A stretch of 64,000 nucleotides of DNA from Macrostomum lignano (GCA_002269645.1 NIVC01000903.1:148459-212458), one strand, 5' to 3'; positions 1 through 13,850 are shown, counted from the first letter of the stretch. The notes: generated from the letters alone by a model not told the origin. Program-made: numbers and translations.

Positions 1-133
1 CATAAATGTCTTGCACGCGTGCTAGTTCTCTGTCCTGTTTGCGATGTTTACCTAAATTTGCATCAATAAAAGGGCAGCTCCTGCTGTTTATAGCTGGCGA
101 CATTTCCTCATGTCTGAATTGTAGGGGGTATCG

Positions 134-1520
134 TCTTTGGATGTCTGCACATCATTGGGGGCTGTGTCTTTGATGTCTGCACATCATTGGCGGCTGTGTC
201 TTTGATGTCTGCACATCATTGGGGGCTGTGTCTTTGATGTCTGCACATCATTGGGGGCTGTGTCTTTGATGTCTGCACATCATTGGCGGCTGTGTCTTTG
301 ATGTCTGCACATCATTGGCGGCTGTGTCTTTGATGTCTGCACATCATTGGCGGCTGTGTCTTTGATGTCTGCACATCATTGGCGGCTGTGTCTTTGATGT
401 CTGCACATCATTGGCGGCTGTGTCTTTGATGTCTGCACATCATTGGGCGGCTGTGTCTTTGATGTCTGCACATCATTGGCGGCTGTGTCTTTGATGTCTG
501 CACATCATTGGCGGCTGTGTCTTTGATGTCTGCACATCATTGGCGGCTGTGTCTTTGATGCTGCACATCATTGGCGGCTGTGTCTTTGATGTCTGCACAT
601 CATTGGCGGCTGTGTCTTTGATGTCTGCACATCATTGGCGGCTGTGTCTTTGATGTCTGCACATCATTGGCGCTGTGTCTTTGATGTCTGCACATCATTG
701 GGGGCTGTGTCTTTGATGTCTGCACATCATTGGCGGCTGTGTCTTTGATGTCTGCACATCATTGGGGGCTGTGTCTTTGATGTCTGCACATCATTGGGGC
801 TGTGTCTTTGATGTCTGCACATCATTGGCGGCTGTGTCTTTGATGTCTGCACATCATTGGCGGCTGTGTCTTTGATGTCTGCACATCATTGGCGGCTGTG
901 TCTTTGATGTCTGCACATCATTGGCGGCCTGTGTCTTTGATGTCTGCACATCATTGGCGGCTGTGTCTTTGATGTCTGCACATCATTGGCGGCTGTGTCT
1001 TTGATGTCTGCACATCATTGGCGGCTGTGTCTTTGATGTCTGCACATCATTGGCGGCTGTGTCTTTGATGTCTGCACATCATTGGCGGCTGTGTCTTTGA
1101 TGTCTGCACATCATTGGCGGCTGTGTCTTTGATGTCTGCACATCATTGGCGGCTGTGTCTTTGATGTCTGCACATCATTGGCGGCTGTGTCTTTGATGTC
1201 TGCACATCATTGGCGGCTGTGTCTTTGATGTCTGCACATCATTGGCGGCTGTGTCTTTGATGTCTGCACATCATTGGCGGCTGTGTCTTTGATGTCTGCA
1301 CATCATTGGCGGCTGTGTCTTTGATGTCTGCACATCATTGGCGGCTGTGTCTTTGATGTCTGCACATCATTGGGGCTGTGTCTTTGATGTCTGCACATCA
1401 TTGGGGGCTGTGTCTTTGATGTCTGCACATCATTGGCGGCTGTGTCTTTGATGTCTGCACATCATTGGCGGCCTGTGTCTTTGATGTCTGCACATCATTG
1501 GCGGCTGTGTCTTTGATGTC
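134..1520. repeat. 32-bp minisatellite (GGCGGCTGTGTCTTTGATGTCTGCACATCATT)n, ~43 units
   Basis: Direct tandem periodicity. Each unit contains the hairpin TGATGT-CTGC-ACATCA. Scattered 1-nt indel variants are present. Confidence 0.97.
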
Positions 1521-1904
1521 TTTGTGATGTCTTTGGTGTTTTAAAAAAAGAAAATTCGTGTAAAAAGTTTACTTCACCTACTACTCACATTCGTGGGAGC
1601 AGTAGTATTGCCTGTATCTAGCGTATATCGAATTATTTGCTTATAGTACATAGTGCCTCAACCTTACGTTTTTGTTTATTAAAATGGTCGAGAATTAGTA
1701 TGAAGTATAAAAATGAACTAATTAGAAATTAATAGGTACGCAAAATATAATGTATCCCAATGAATGTATTTCATTTTAAATCGTTAAACTTTGTAAGTAT
1801 TGACAAATCGTTACTAAACTGTCGTCAAGCAATAGTTTACAGCTCGATATTGATTTTTTATGCAGCAAGGTAACCCAAGAGCATTAGAAATAGTAGTCAA
1901 AGTG

Positions 1905-2085
1905 TAATCGCAGTGTGTTACAGTGGAATTAGGGAGTGTTACAGTGGAATTACATGTAGTGTGTGTGTTACTGTGGAATTAGGGAGTGTTACAGTGGAAT
2001 TACATGTAGTGTGTGTGTTACTGTGGAATTAGGGAGTGTTACAGTGGAATTACATGTAGTGTGTGTTACAGTGGAATTAGTGTGT
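1905..2085. repeat. Short degenerate tandem repeat (GTGTTACAGTGGAATTA core)
   Basis: Core motif repeated about 7 times with alternating spacers. Confidence 0.8.
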
Positions 2086-4374
2086 TACCCCCTTTTGATT
2101 TTTTTATAATTTTGGTGAATTTTGGCCTTTATAATGTGTTTTGGCTCAACATTAAGCATCGGGTAAACGAGAAGGCCTTGATGCGCTCATATTAAATAGG
2201 ATTGCTATTTGCCTTTTAGAATCCGCATTTTCCATTATCAGCCTCACAAATTCTTTTTGAGACAGAGCTTCTTTTGGCTGTCTGCTTGTGGCTTCTTCTG
2301 TTGAAATAATTAATTAGGATGTTAAAGAGAATTCGCTACTGACTTATCTTCAAACATCCAAGTAAACCCTTAATTGGAATTTCTAACCTTTGAAATTATT
2401 AAAACTGGTAGGCAGTGAATTTTGATTAATGCCGGGTTCCGTCTATTCCCATCCCCCTGTCAGTCTTAATGGGAAAGTCTGGTTACTCTTATCATTGCCG
2501 TATCGGCGGCCGACTATATTGCTGTGGCTATTCATTAATGCTGCAGCTGCTGCAGCTACTCGGAACGGGCCGGGGGCTCAAGAGATTTTCGGCTGGGGTA
2601 GGGGGAGCTGGCGTGAAAGCTCCCCCGCTCCCGAGCTGCCTGATCCGTAGCTGGCTTATCGATTCGAGCGTGTCACTGATTGATTGAGTGAGAGAGATGT
2701 GGATGGGGGGAAGCTGAGCGCTGCAGTGCTGGGCCAGCAGCTCGTCCCAGATCGAACTGGGGAATTGTGTGGGAATTGCTACGGCGATAGCAGTTGCCAA
2801 GCCTGCTGCACTGGGCTGGGAATCTCGAGGCGGGCACCACAGTCGCAGAGGACCAGATTTCCCTGGTCAATATTCGCAGTCATGTACGCGGTGCTTATCC
2901 AAGGTAATGTGAATGGACCGCTGTCATGGACCGCTACATGTACAGCAGAAGCACGCAGCTCTCGCAAATTTGGCTGGAGGCGGCTGCAGCTCAGATTTCA
3001 GGATTATGCATCGAAAATTCCTTTGATTTTACAATCGAATTCACTCCACTGTAAACGAATTCAAAAGCAGCTGATCGACAGTTCAATGACAAGGTCGCCT
3101 ATACTCAAGCTGATGGGGGAGGAAACTGCTATAGAAGTATGCTTGCAAAGGTTTTTATTGTCCATGGAGACTGGCGATACTGAAGGCAGTTAACAGCCAA
3201 GTGAGTGTTAATTAGTTCGCCACAGGCTCTCAAAAAAGCCTTAGCCATGCAATTGGCACGGATTCAACTTGATTTGACTGAGCGACAGCCAGACAGACGA
3301 ACGCGTGGGAGTTCGAGCGGTTAATTAGCAGGCAGAGTGAGTGAGGCTGGGGCCCGTTAGCCTGGACTATATTCCCACAGCAGTGCGGTGCGGGCCTGAG
3401 GATGAAGCTCTATAAAGTACACCTGTTACCTGCCTGCCGTGTATGTCCATGTCAGTCTTAATTGACTCGACAAGCCGTTTATAATTGGCTAAGATTAAGT
3501 GCAGTTATGCGCATGTAAATAAACAAAGATATTTTTATTGCCCAAATGGGATCAGCGAATGGGCCTGACTGTCCGTTCTATCAGAAGCGGCGGCCAAGAT
3601 GGCCGGGGCCGGCATTAACTTCCTGGACGGCCAAAGGAGTTGGATGGGTGCAGCAGGCACTGATCAAAGTGCTCAGGCTCCCCAGTCTAGCACGCTTCCT
3701 CCCCTTAGTTACTAGGAGAAAAATTCGTTCCCTTGAAATTTCTCGCCGCAAGCGGACCTAGCGTGAGCAGTCACATTAGGGATAAAAGCGGATGAGCAGG
3801 ATGGGAACGGCTGCGTTGGGAGGCCCTGATGGAACTGGAGACGTCGGTAAAGGACATGGAATCCGGATGACTGGCTTTGCCCCACCGAATCTCTGAAATT
3901 GATTAAAGGCAGATGCGAAAAGGGTAGCCGGAGACACTGAGGCGACGGTAGCGAATTCATCAAGTGCTGGTCCCCTCAGCTTTCATAATCTGCTCCGACC
4001 TCGGTGAGTATTCCATTTCGCCCCGGTCCATCTCGTCGCTCTTTGTCAGAGCTGTGTCTCAATCTTTCAGCTTCCCTGAGCAGTCTTGGCTTAGCCCCGA
4101 GTACGCCTTGATGGTTCGCCATGATCCATGTCTGCCTCCCTTCCTCTCTCAGCTACAGCGATGCACAGTCACGAACTTCGCCTCTTAAGTTCTGTGACCT
4201 CTTTTTTTAAAATAGTATTGCTGCTGTCTCGCGAAACAGCACTGGCGTAATATCGAATGCTGATAATAAAATTCAGTTAATATCAGGTAGCCTAATTATC
4301 TTTTTTGGTGCAATTTTTACTGAAGAATTATCATTTAATCCAGTTGTTGAATATTCGTGTACAATTAATTTAGG

Positions 4375-4895
4375 GTATTGGGGTGTTGGGATGTGGGCTG
4401 AAGTGTTGGGTTGCTGGGGTGCTGGAGTGTTAGGGTGTTGGGGTTGGGGTGTTGGGTTGGTGTTGGGTGTTGGGGTGTTGGGTGTTGGTGTTGGGTGTTG
4501 GGTGTTGGGTGTTGGGGTGTTGGGTGTTGGGGTGTTGGGGTGTTGGGTGTTGGGGTGTTGGGTGTTGGGTGTTGGGGTGTTGGCTTGTTGAATGTTGGGG
4601 TGTTGGGGTGTTGGGTGTTGGAGGCTGAAGTGTTGGGTTGCTGGGGTACTGGAGTGTTAGGGTGTTGGGGTGTGGTGGGTTGGGTTTTTGGGTGTTGGGT
4701 GTTGGGGTGTTGGTGTTGGGGTGTTGGGTGTTGGGTGTTGGGTGTTGGGTGTTGGTGTTGGGGTGTTGGGGTGTTGGGTGTTGGGGTGTTGGGTGTTGGG
4801 TGTTGGGGTGTTGGCTTGTTGAATGTTGGGGTGTTGGGGTGTTGGGTGTTGAGGTGTTGGAGTGTTGTGGTGCTAGATAACAGAGGTGTTGGGGT
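4375..4895 (+). repeat. G/T-rich low-complexity tract (TTGGGTG/TTGGGGTG)n with internal ~230-bp duplication
   Basis: Visible GGGTGTT repeats. The marker GGCTGAAGTGTTGGGTTGCTGGGGT occurs at ~4397 and ~4623. Confidence 0.9.
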
Positions 4896-5723
4896 GTTGC
4901 CGCTTAGGTTCTATAAGGGCAAAAATTCAACAAGCAAGACTCAATATGCACTTAAATAGCTTAGTAAATAGTAATCCAATAAAAATGTTTATTCTAACGG
5001 GCGCCACAGACAGACTGTGCTTGTCCAGTCGAGGGTGCAAGTTCAGAAACTGGACAATATGGTTTGGGGGCTATGGGCGCAGGTAGAAAGTTTTATATAG
5101 CTAAAGGTACGGGAGTACCTCAGTTCATCAAGCAGCTTTTGACTCCAGACCAAAAACGCATCAATTTTTGGGTGATACAGAGAACAGTTGACGAGACAAA
5201 ACTTGCATTCAAAAGTTTTCGAATGGAAAACAAATTTTCGATGCCAAGATTATTTCCAAATTGTGAATAGTGAAGGATTTTTCTGAAAATAAATTTAGCA
5301 AATTTGCTGCGATTAAGTGTGCGATTCTAATGGCGAGAATTGAGCTGGGAATGCAAATTCTGAATCCCAGTAGACAGGAGGCAGGATTGACTGACTGGCT
5401 TGGGGTCGCCTGGCCCGGGCCTCAGTCTAATAGCGGTGATGATGCTTCCAGCCTCTCCGATGCTTAAAAGTGGCATAGGGGGGGGGGGGGGGGGGCACTT
5501 CTCCGTTCTCACTCGCCCATCCCTCTCTTCAGCCATCGCTCTGAGATTTCCTTTGGCCTCCAAAATTTCACGTCATGGCGAGAGGGCGAGGCAGTGAGAG
5601 GGAGAGGCATTGAAGAGAAAGGCGGGTGGAGTTGCCACCCGTGATTGAAATGCTGAGCAGGCCTACCGCCCCAAACCCCCTGCTCGGCCCTTGAGATCCC
5701 TCTTGAACGCCGGGTTGGAAGCC

Positions 5724-8109
5724 TCATCGTCTCCGCAGGTCCAGCCTTATGATCCGCAGGAAGGCCTTCTTGAACTGCGCATTGGCCAGCGCGTAGCAGA
5801 ACGGATTGATGGGGCTGTTGAGGAGCACAGCCAGTAGCCCAGGTTGAACAGGTGGCTTATTGAGGCACTGAGCCTGGCAGATGCTGCGGATCAGGATGAA
5901 GATGTGATAGGGTCCAGCAGACCACGAAGGCGCCAAGGATCAGCGTGATGGTCTTCAGCGCCTTCCGGGCCCGATTCTCCGTGCGCGACTGCTTCTTCTT
6001 CTGCCGGTCCTGCCGTTTCGTCCGCACCCGACTGCGCAGCCGCCTCGTAGCGTCCCGGAACGACTGGGCGAGCGTCGGCAGGTGCAGCTGCTTCCGCCGC
6101 TCCTCGGCGCCGCACTGGATCACTTCGATCTCGTCGTCGCCGACTGTCTGCGTCGACTGCTGCGCCGTTCGTCGCACCGGCTGCGGCAGCGGCAGCTCCA
6201 CCACCGAGGTGACCACGCGGTCCCGTTCGCCGGAGTTCAAGTCAACGCGGGTCTGCACGGCGGCCGCTTCGGCCGCGGCGGCCAGCTCGTCCTCATAAGA
6301 TGGCCGCCGCTTCCAAATCGGAGAGCCGGGCCTGGCCGAGCGGTCATTGACGAGGATCTGGCTGTGCTTGGGCAGCAGTTCGATGAGCAGCCGCATGGAG
6401 TCGATGGACGGATTCGACCGGATGCTCTCCTCGTCGATATAACGGAGGCCTTCGAACTCGTCTGACGGAGCGCACAAGGAGAACTGCAGAGTCTTCAGCT
6501 GCGGCTGCTGCTGCTGCGTATCCGCTAGGCTGACGGCGCCACTATGCCCGTTGGCGTCCAGGGCGGCGTTCTCAAAGCTGAGTCCGCTGGCAGTGTGATA
6601 ATCGGAGTCGTTGGACGCGGTCAGCTTCTGGCTGACAACAGCGGACGTGGCCACGGTCACAATTGCCAAAGAAGGCGGCGACGGAGGAGGGGGAGGCGCG
6701 GACGCTCCGGGTGCCTCCCGGGCGGTCGCAGGGTCCGAGGCCTGGCCGGTCATTGGCTGTTTCGAATTGTTCTGCCGGCTGTCAGCGCTGTTGGCGGCGG
6801 GCAGTCTCGACGTGGCTGAGCCCGGCGCCGCCGAAGCCGCCGTCGTGGTGGCTCGCCCGGCGCCGGTGGAGGTCGGCTCCGGCGTGTGCAGCCCGTTGTC
6901 CGAGTCCGAGGGCAGCGCCGGCGAGCTCGACCGATCGTCCTCGGCTCGGGAGGAGCAGTAGTCCGAGGACAGGCCGCTCCGGAAGGAGGTGCTCTGGCTG
7001 TGCACCGCCCGTCGGCCACCGCCGCCGCCGCCGCCGCCGCCAGCGTTGTTGCCGCTCTTTTTCTTGTCCTTCTTCGACACTTTTCGCGCGTCGTGCGACC
7101 CGCCGGCTGCGGCTTTTGAGGAGGAGCCGGCTGCTGCTCCGCCTCTGCCGGCAGTGACGTCACCACCTCCGCCTCCGCCACCAGCGGCTTTGATCAGCGG
7201 CCTCTGCGGGCTCTTGCCGGCCTCGCCGCCGCCGGCGCTGCCGCTGCCTCGTCCGCCTCCACCACCACCGCCGCCGCCTCCGCCTCCGCCGCCGCCAGCT
7301 TCGTGTGACGGACTCCGCTGGGCGTTGGTGATCCCGATGCCCACCCGGGCAGTCTGGTTGGCCATGGTTATGAGGTTGCTGACCTTCTGCCGCTTGGCCT
7401 CGGACTTCCTGGCCAGGTTGAGCGCCACCCGGTAGATGCCGATGTACAGCGCGATCATGGCCACCAGGGTCACCCAGAAGTAGCAGATGGTCAGCACTGT
7501 GTTGTAGACGGGATCCTCAGAGAACTCAGCGTAGCAAGCATCCTCGCTGCGCACCTTGCTTGACAGGTAGGGCCAGGCAAAAGTTGACGGCACGAACAGC
7601 ATAGCGGGCAGCACCCAGGTGGCCGCTACCATCAGCTGCACTTTGCGTTCGGTGCGCCACTTCCTGTACTTCGCTGGAATCTTCACCGAGCAGAATCTGT
7701 CCACAGTGATGCAGAACACGGTGTACTGCGACGTCAGGCAGGCCGTGTAGTCCAACGACAGCCACATGTTGCACACGAAGCGGCCGAGAGGCCACTTGCC
7801 CAGCAGCAGGTACAGGGTGTACAGGTTCATGCTGAACATGCCGATCAGCAGGTCAGTGATGGCCAGCGAGGCGATGAAATAGTTGGTGGCGCTGCGCAGC
7901 TGGCGTTCAACGAAGAACGCCGTGATGACCAGCAGGTTACCGACCACGGTGACGAAGCTGGCCACCGAGGCCAGGAAGCCGAGCAGGCCCATCACCGGGG
8001 TGGAGTACTCCGGCTCGGTGGCGTTGGCGGCGGCGGTTGCAGCCGCCGTGGTCGAGACGAACAGAAGCTCGTCAGGCAGGGTGCTGCCCAGCTGCGGCAG
8101 CTGCGACAT
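5724..8109 (-). CDS. mAChR-B: Muscarinic acetylcholine receptor, invertebrate B-type (GAR-1/GAR-2/mAChR-B-like), intronless CDS, long Gly/Ala-rich ICL3; three small indels near the 3' end
   Basis: TM1 GNLLV, TM2 LAITDLLIG, TM3 WLSLDYTACLTSQYTVFCITVDRF, TM5 FWVTL..LY..IY and TM6 RKALKTITLILGAFVVCWT are in the main ORF. The shifted frames give PYHI, LFNLGYWLC and LNSPINPFCYALANAQFKKAFLRII*. ATG at 8109-8107, TGA at 5726-5724. Confidence 0.93.
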
Positions 8110-8187
8110 CACCGCGAGATGGACGAACGGCGCGCCTCCTGCAATGATTCGGGTGGTGCATGATCAACTGTCACAGATGCGACTGGG

Positions 8188-8710
8188 TCAGCACTGCTTG
8201 ATACTGTGTCAGCACTGTTTGATACTGTGTCAGCACTGCTTGATACTGTGTCAGCACTGTTTGATACTGTGTCAGCACTGTTTGATACTGAGTCAGCACT
8301 GTTTGATACTGAGTCAGCACTGTTTGATACTGGGTCAGCACTGTTTGATACTGGGTCAGCACTGTTTCATACTGGGTCTGTACTGTTTGATACTGGGTCA
8401 GCACTGTTTCATACTGGGTCAGCACTGTTTGATACTGAGTCAGCACTGTTCGATACTGGGTCAGCACTGTTCGATATTGTGTCAGCACTGTTTGATACTG
8501 TGTCAGCACTGTTTGATACTGTGTCAGCACTGTTTGATACTGTGTCAGCACTGCTTGATACTGGGTCAGCACTGTTTGATACTGTGTCAGCACTGTTTGA
8601 TACTGGTTCAGCACTGTTTGATACTGGGTCAGCACTGTTTGATACTGGGTCAGCTCTGTTTGATACTGGTTCAGCACTGTTTGATACTGGGTCAGCACTG
8701 TTTGATATTC
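8188..8710. repeat. 21-bp minisatellite (TCAGCACTGTTTGATACTG(G/T)G)n, ~25 units, ~80 bp upstream of the receptor ATG
   Basis: Direct periodicity. It explains the spurious QHCLILC, TQYQTVL and SALFDTG ORFs. Confidence 0.96.
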
Positions 8711-9974
8711 AACAGATGACAAACCCTCTTTCAGACAGAAGTGTACTAAAAATTCAAAGAGAAATTCGCCTGCATAGACTGGACAGCAAGATGGCTGCTA
8801 GGCGGCTTGCTTTCCACTGATATGCGAGGCAAAATAAGCTTGATCAGTTTGCGCAGCCAGCTGGGTCCCACCCGACTGGACTGGGTTTCGGTCTCTCCCC
8901 TTCTCTGCTATCTTGTCTCCCGTTCCCCATCTCGCAATTACACTTTGGTTGCAGAACATTTTTACCATGGTTCTGCCCAGATGCCCCAGCGTGTGTTGGG
9001 CTGCGATAGCATGATTCGGCTCAATTTCGCCGCGCATAATAACCTGATTAGCTGCGGTACCATGCACTGTTCCGGCTTCTCCTCTCCCCTTTCTGCGGTC
9101 TCCCTCCCTCTCTGCTCTCTTATTATTCTCGAATTCGGCCAGGCTTTTCTCGGGAAATTTTGGTTCTCCAAATTTCAGATTTTCTCTCTTCTTCTTCTAG
9201 CCCAACACCACCTCCGCTTCCACCTCTCCGTTCTTTTTTAAGCGAAGTTCAGCGTGGCGGGTGCGCCAGAAGCCGACTTTCAATCCGTCAGAGGCGTCAG
9301 GCTGCCTTCCGCCCGTTTATCGTTCAAAAGGCGTCACCTATTGACGCACAATGGAAGCTCAGGGTAGCCCATTGTCAAGCCGCATTCTTTTTGGCTACAA
9401 TTTTTTTGAACAACTAGTAACTGATGCTGGATAATATCCTTGCTGCTGCTGCAAAGCAGAGTCCAGGGATTTCGACTCTGATATCTATCTAGCGCACATG
9501 AGCTTCAGAGTGAGGTTTTTTATAAAGAAATAGTCTAACTAAGATTAGAGAATAAGGATTAAGCGAAGATTCCCCAGATTCACTGCAGCAGCAGCCACTG
9601 CTACAGAACTGCTCTCGGCCATAGACAATGAAGCTGCACTCTCCTAGTCACTGTTCAAGGCACTTCTCTCTGATGAAATGACAATCAAGTAGAGAACTTT
9701 TAAAATATTCTCTGGCTCTCTGTACTGATTATTTATCTGACTGCTATTGCTGGTTTCTGTCTCCAGCCACTCTCCCTCTATTGCTGTTTCTCTTGTCTTC
9801 TATTGCATCAGTGTTTCTACCTCTACCTCTCTATCCCTCCCTCTCTCCACTCACTCACTCTCCCTACCTTTCCCTCTCTTTTTCCCCGATCTCACCCTGT
9901 CTCTCTACCTATTTATCTCCCCTGCCTCTCGCTCAGTGTCCTCCTCTCCTTTCTTTCCTCTCTCCTGAACTCCT

Positions 9975-10415
9975 GTGATCTCTCCTGAGCTCCTGGGATC
10001 CCTCCTGAGCTCCTGGGATCTCTCCTGAGTTCATGGGATCTCTCCTGAGTTCACGGGATCTCCTGAGTTCATGGGATCTCTCCTGAGTTCACGGATCTCC
10101 TGAGTTCATGGGATCTCTCCTGAGTTCACGGGATCTCCTGAGTTCATGGGATCTCTCCTGAGTTCACGGGATCTCCTGAGTTCATGGGATCTCTCCTGAG
10201 TTCACGGGATCTCCTGAGTTCATGGGATCTCCTGAGTTCATGGGATCTCCTGAGTTCATGGGATCTCCTGAGTTCACGGGATCTCCTGAGTTCATGGGAT
10301 CTCCTGAGTTCATGGGATCTCTCCTGAGTTCACGGGATCTCCTGAGTTCATGGGATCTCCTGAGTTCATGGGATCTCCTGAGTTCATGGGATCGCTCTTG
10401 AGTTCATGGGATCTC
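9975..10415. repeat. 18-20-bp minisatellite (CTCCTGAGTTCA(T/C)GGGAT(CT))n
   Basis: Direct periodicity; preceded by a CT-rich tract at 9745-9965. Confidence 0.93.
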
Positions 10416-11524
10416 TCCTCAGCGAATCATTGACAATTTTTTTCGACACCACTTTAACCCCGCGGAAGCGCGAACGCAGCGAAGCTGAAGCGCATTCAAG
10501 AGAAATGATTAGAAAATGCAAAATAGTGTGCAATCAAATTAGCACTCGCAATATTCCCACAGCCTGGTTTAGCATACAGCTCTCGGTGCCAGCCCCCCCC
10601 CCCGAAAATTGTGAGCCAATCCGACAGCTGCTTGGCCCGCCATGCAGCTTCCTTCCAGCTTCATCCAGACCTGCAGTTTTTCCCGGGCAGCAGCAGAGGT
10701 GCAGAAGAAATTCTCCTCTTTCACTCTCCTGGTTTTCTCCAGACCTTCAGTCGCAAAAATGGGATCTCTCCGATTGGGATTCCCAGTCATCTCCCAGAGG
10801 GATTTCGCACTTGTTTCTGCTGCCTTCGTTTTAACGCTCAGCTTCCTTCACCTAAGCCCGTCCTCCGCCCTCAGACTCCCGCTGAAGCCTCCCGTCCTCT
10901 TCATCGTCTGGGAGATTATCCCATCTCCCCCCCCCACCGAAATCCTCGAATCCCCTTTGCGCTGCGTGCGCCGAATTAGCAGAGAGTCCCCTCTCTCTCC
11001 CCGACTCGACTCGCTTGGGAAAAAAATGCGCGCCATCATCGCAATATGAGACCCCGGCGCCGGTTCAAATTCTACCGACCGGCTAATAGCAGAAGCCGCC
11101 AATTGCTGTAAAGCAGTTTTTCACATTTTCATGGTTTCCAATTACGCCTGAGAATTGGGCCGAGCTGAATTCTCCTGCTGGCTTTTGAATCTTGCACTGC
11201 CGGGATTTCAACAGGGGGCAGAGACGGACTGACAGACAAAAATTCTAGGGGAGGGGGAGGGGTCTGAGGCTAATTGAATCTTCCAGCCAGCGAGGTGCGC
11301 AGGTGGGTCTCGCTGACCTTCGCTCTGAAAAGTGCGCGCGAGGCTGGGCTGCGGGGGAGGGCGGGCTGCCGCCCCGAATCCCTCATCATGAAGCCATTAG
11401 ATAGTTGTTATCCCCTCTAGGCCAGGTAAAAACTGCTTCAGGCCCGCTAATGGCTTCCAGCTGAGTGCTGGGAAACAGATTTCTGATATCACCTGGGCTC
11501 TGATGCCCGCCATGGCAACACTGC

Positions 11525-12149
<625 letters not shown>

Positions 12150-12500
12150 AGTGTTCAGGGCTCTTCAACTAATGCCGAGGTGAATGTGAGAGGATTTTTC
12201 CTGGGAATTCTCTCTCAATGGCCCCAGAGGGAGCCGGAGGGCTGCCAATCAGGGGTTGGCAGGAAGCTCGGGGCGCTGCAGACCTTGGAATTTCAATGAG
12301 CAGCCGGATCAACAGGAAGATTGTGGCAACATCCGCGAGTTTTTATTGAGAAAATTGAATAGGAATTTCCGGCCAAAAATCGAGAATTATTGAGATGGAC
12401 AAACAGACTCGTGAGCAGAGTTTCCATGTTCAACTGTTTTCTCACTGCCAGAATAGCGGTTATTGACAGGCAAGTGCACAGGAGTGCCCAGTAGAGAGCC

Positions 12501-13010
12501 AGTGAGTTCATGAGTGAGTTCATGAGTGCGTTCATGAGTGAGTTCATGAGTGAGTTCATGAGTGAGTTCATGAGTGAGTTCATGAGTGAGTTCATGAGTG
12601 AGTTCATGAGTGAGTTCATGAGTGAGTTCATGAGTGAGTTCATGAGTGAGTTCATGAGTGAGTTCATGAGTGAGTTCATGAGTGAGTTCATGAGTGAGTT
12701 CATGAGTGAGTTCATGAGTGAGTTCATGAGTGAGTTCATGAGTGAGTTCATGAGTGAGTTCATGAGTGAGTTCATGAGTGAGTTCATGAGTGAGTTCATG
12801 AGTGAGTTCATGAGTGAGTTCATGAGTGAGTTCATGAGTGAGTTCATGAGTGAGTTCATGAGTGAGTTCATGAGTGAGTTCATGAGTGAGTTCATGAGTG
12901 AGTTCATGAGTGAGTTCATGAGTGAGTTCATGAGTGAGTTCATGAGTGAGTTCATGAGTGAGTTCATGAGTGAGTTCATGAGTGAGTTCATGAGTGAGTT
13001 CATGAGTGAG
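12501..13010. repeat. Near-perfect 12-bp repeat (AGTGAGTTCATG)n, ~42 units
   Basis: Direct observation; one variant unit near 12530. Confidence 0.98.
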
Positions 13011-13334
13011 TCAATTAGTTCATAAGTTCTTGGCTTCGTGAGTTAGCGAGTAAAATTGACAGTGAGCAATCAGTGAGTAGAAAAAGTCAGAGAATGCGCT
13101 TCTTTATTCCATGTGGTAATCTGCGCTCGTACATTACGAATCGAATCGCAGTCCCCGACATTGCCGCCTGTCCCGGCCGTGTGATTACTATTTATTACTT
13201 TTATCGGCTCAGATTAGCGCCAGAGGCAGGAAGAGCTGACTGGAAGACCCACATCCGATCGGCTTAGCTGAGCCACTAGCACGAACTCCGCACTGGCTGC
13301 TGCAGCTTTCATAATCCTCCGCCGTCGCTCTTGC

Positions 13335-13850
13335 CACTCCTTCTCACCCTCCCTCCCTCCTCTCTTCCTCTCTCCCTCTCTCTCCCTCTCTCTCTCTCTC
13401 CGTCTCTCCCTCCTCCCTCTCTCTCTCCTTCTCTCCGCCTCTCTCCCTCTCTCCCCCCTCTCTCTCTCTCCTTCTCTCCCTCCCTCTCTCTCTCCCTCTC
13501 TCCCCCTCTCTCTCTCTCCGTCTCTCCCTCCTCCCTCTCTCTCTCCTTCTCTACCCCTCTCTCCCTCTCTCCCTCTCTCTCTCTCTCCCTCTCTCCCCCT
13601 CTCTCTCTCTCCGTCTCTCCCTCCTCCCTCTCTCTCTCCTTCTCTACCCCTCTCTCCCTCTCTCCCCCCTCTCTCTCTCCCTCTCTTCCTCTCTCTCCCT
13701 CTCTCTCTCTCCTTCTCTCCCTCCCTCTCTTCCTCTCTCTCCCTCTCTCCCTCCCTCCCTCGCTCTCCCCCTCTCTCTCCCTCTCTCCCCCTCTCTCTCC
13801 TTCTCTCCCTCGCTCTCTCTCTCCCTCCTTCTCTTTATATCTCTCCCCTA
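13335..13850. repeat. CT-rich polypyrimidine low-complexity tract
   Basis: Almost exclusively C/T. Confidence 0.92.

Noticed and set aside
134-1520. CRISPR array (32-bp repeat with a hairpin)
   Set aside because: Units are head-to-tail with no unique spacers and there are no cas genes. The same applies to all other arrays in the window.
2601-2626. 9-bp hairpin GGGGGAGCT-N8-AGCTCCCCC as a Helitron end or terminator
   Set aside because: No downstream CTAG, no U-tract and no second copy in the window.
5945-7435. Many 60-170-aa ORFs antisense to or overlapping the receptor, the gag-pol and the CCDC142 exons
   Set aside because: Shadow ORFs expected from GC-rich coding sequence.
7883-8820. Long ORFs QHCLILC / TQYQTVL / SALFDTG
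   Set aside because: Translations of a 21-bp tandem repeat.
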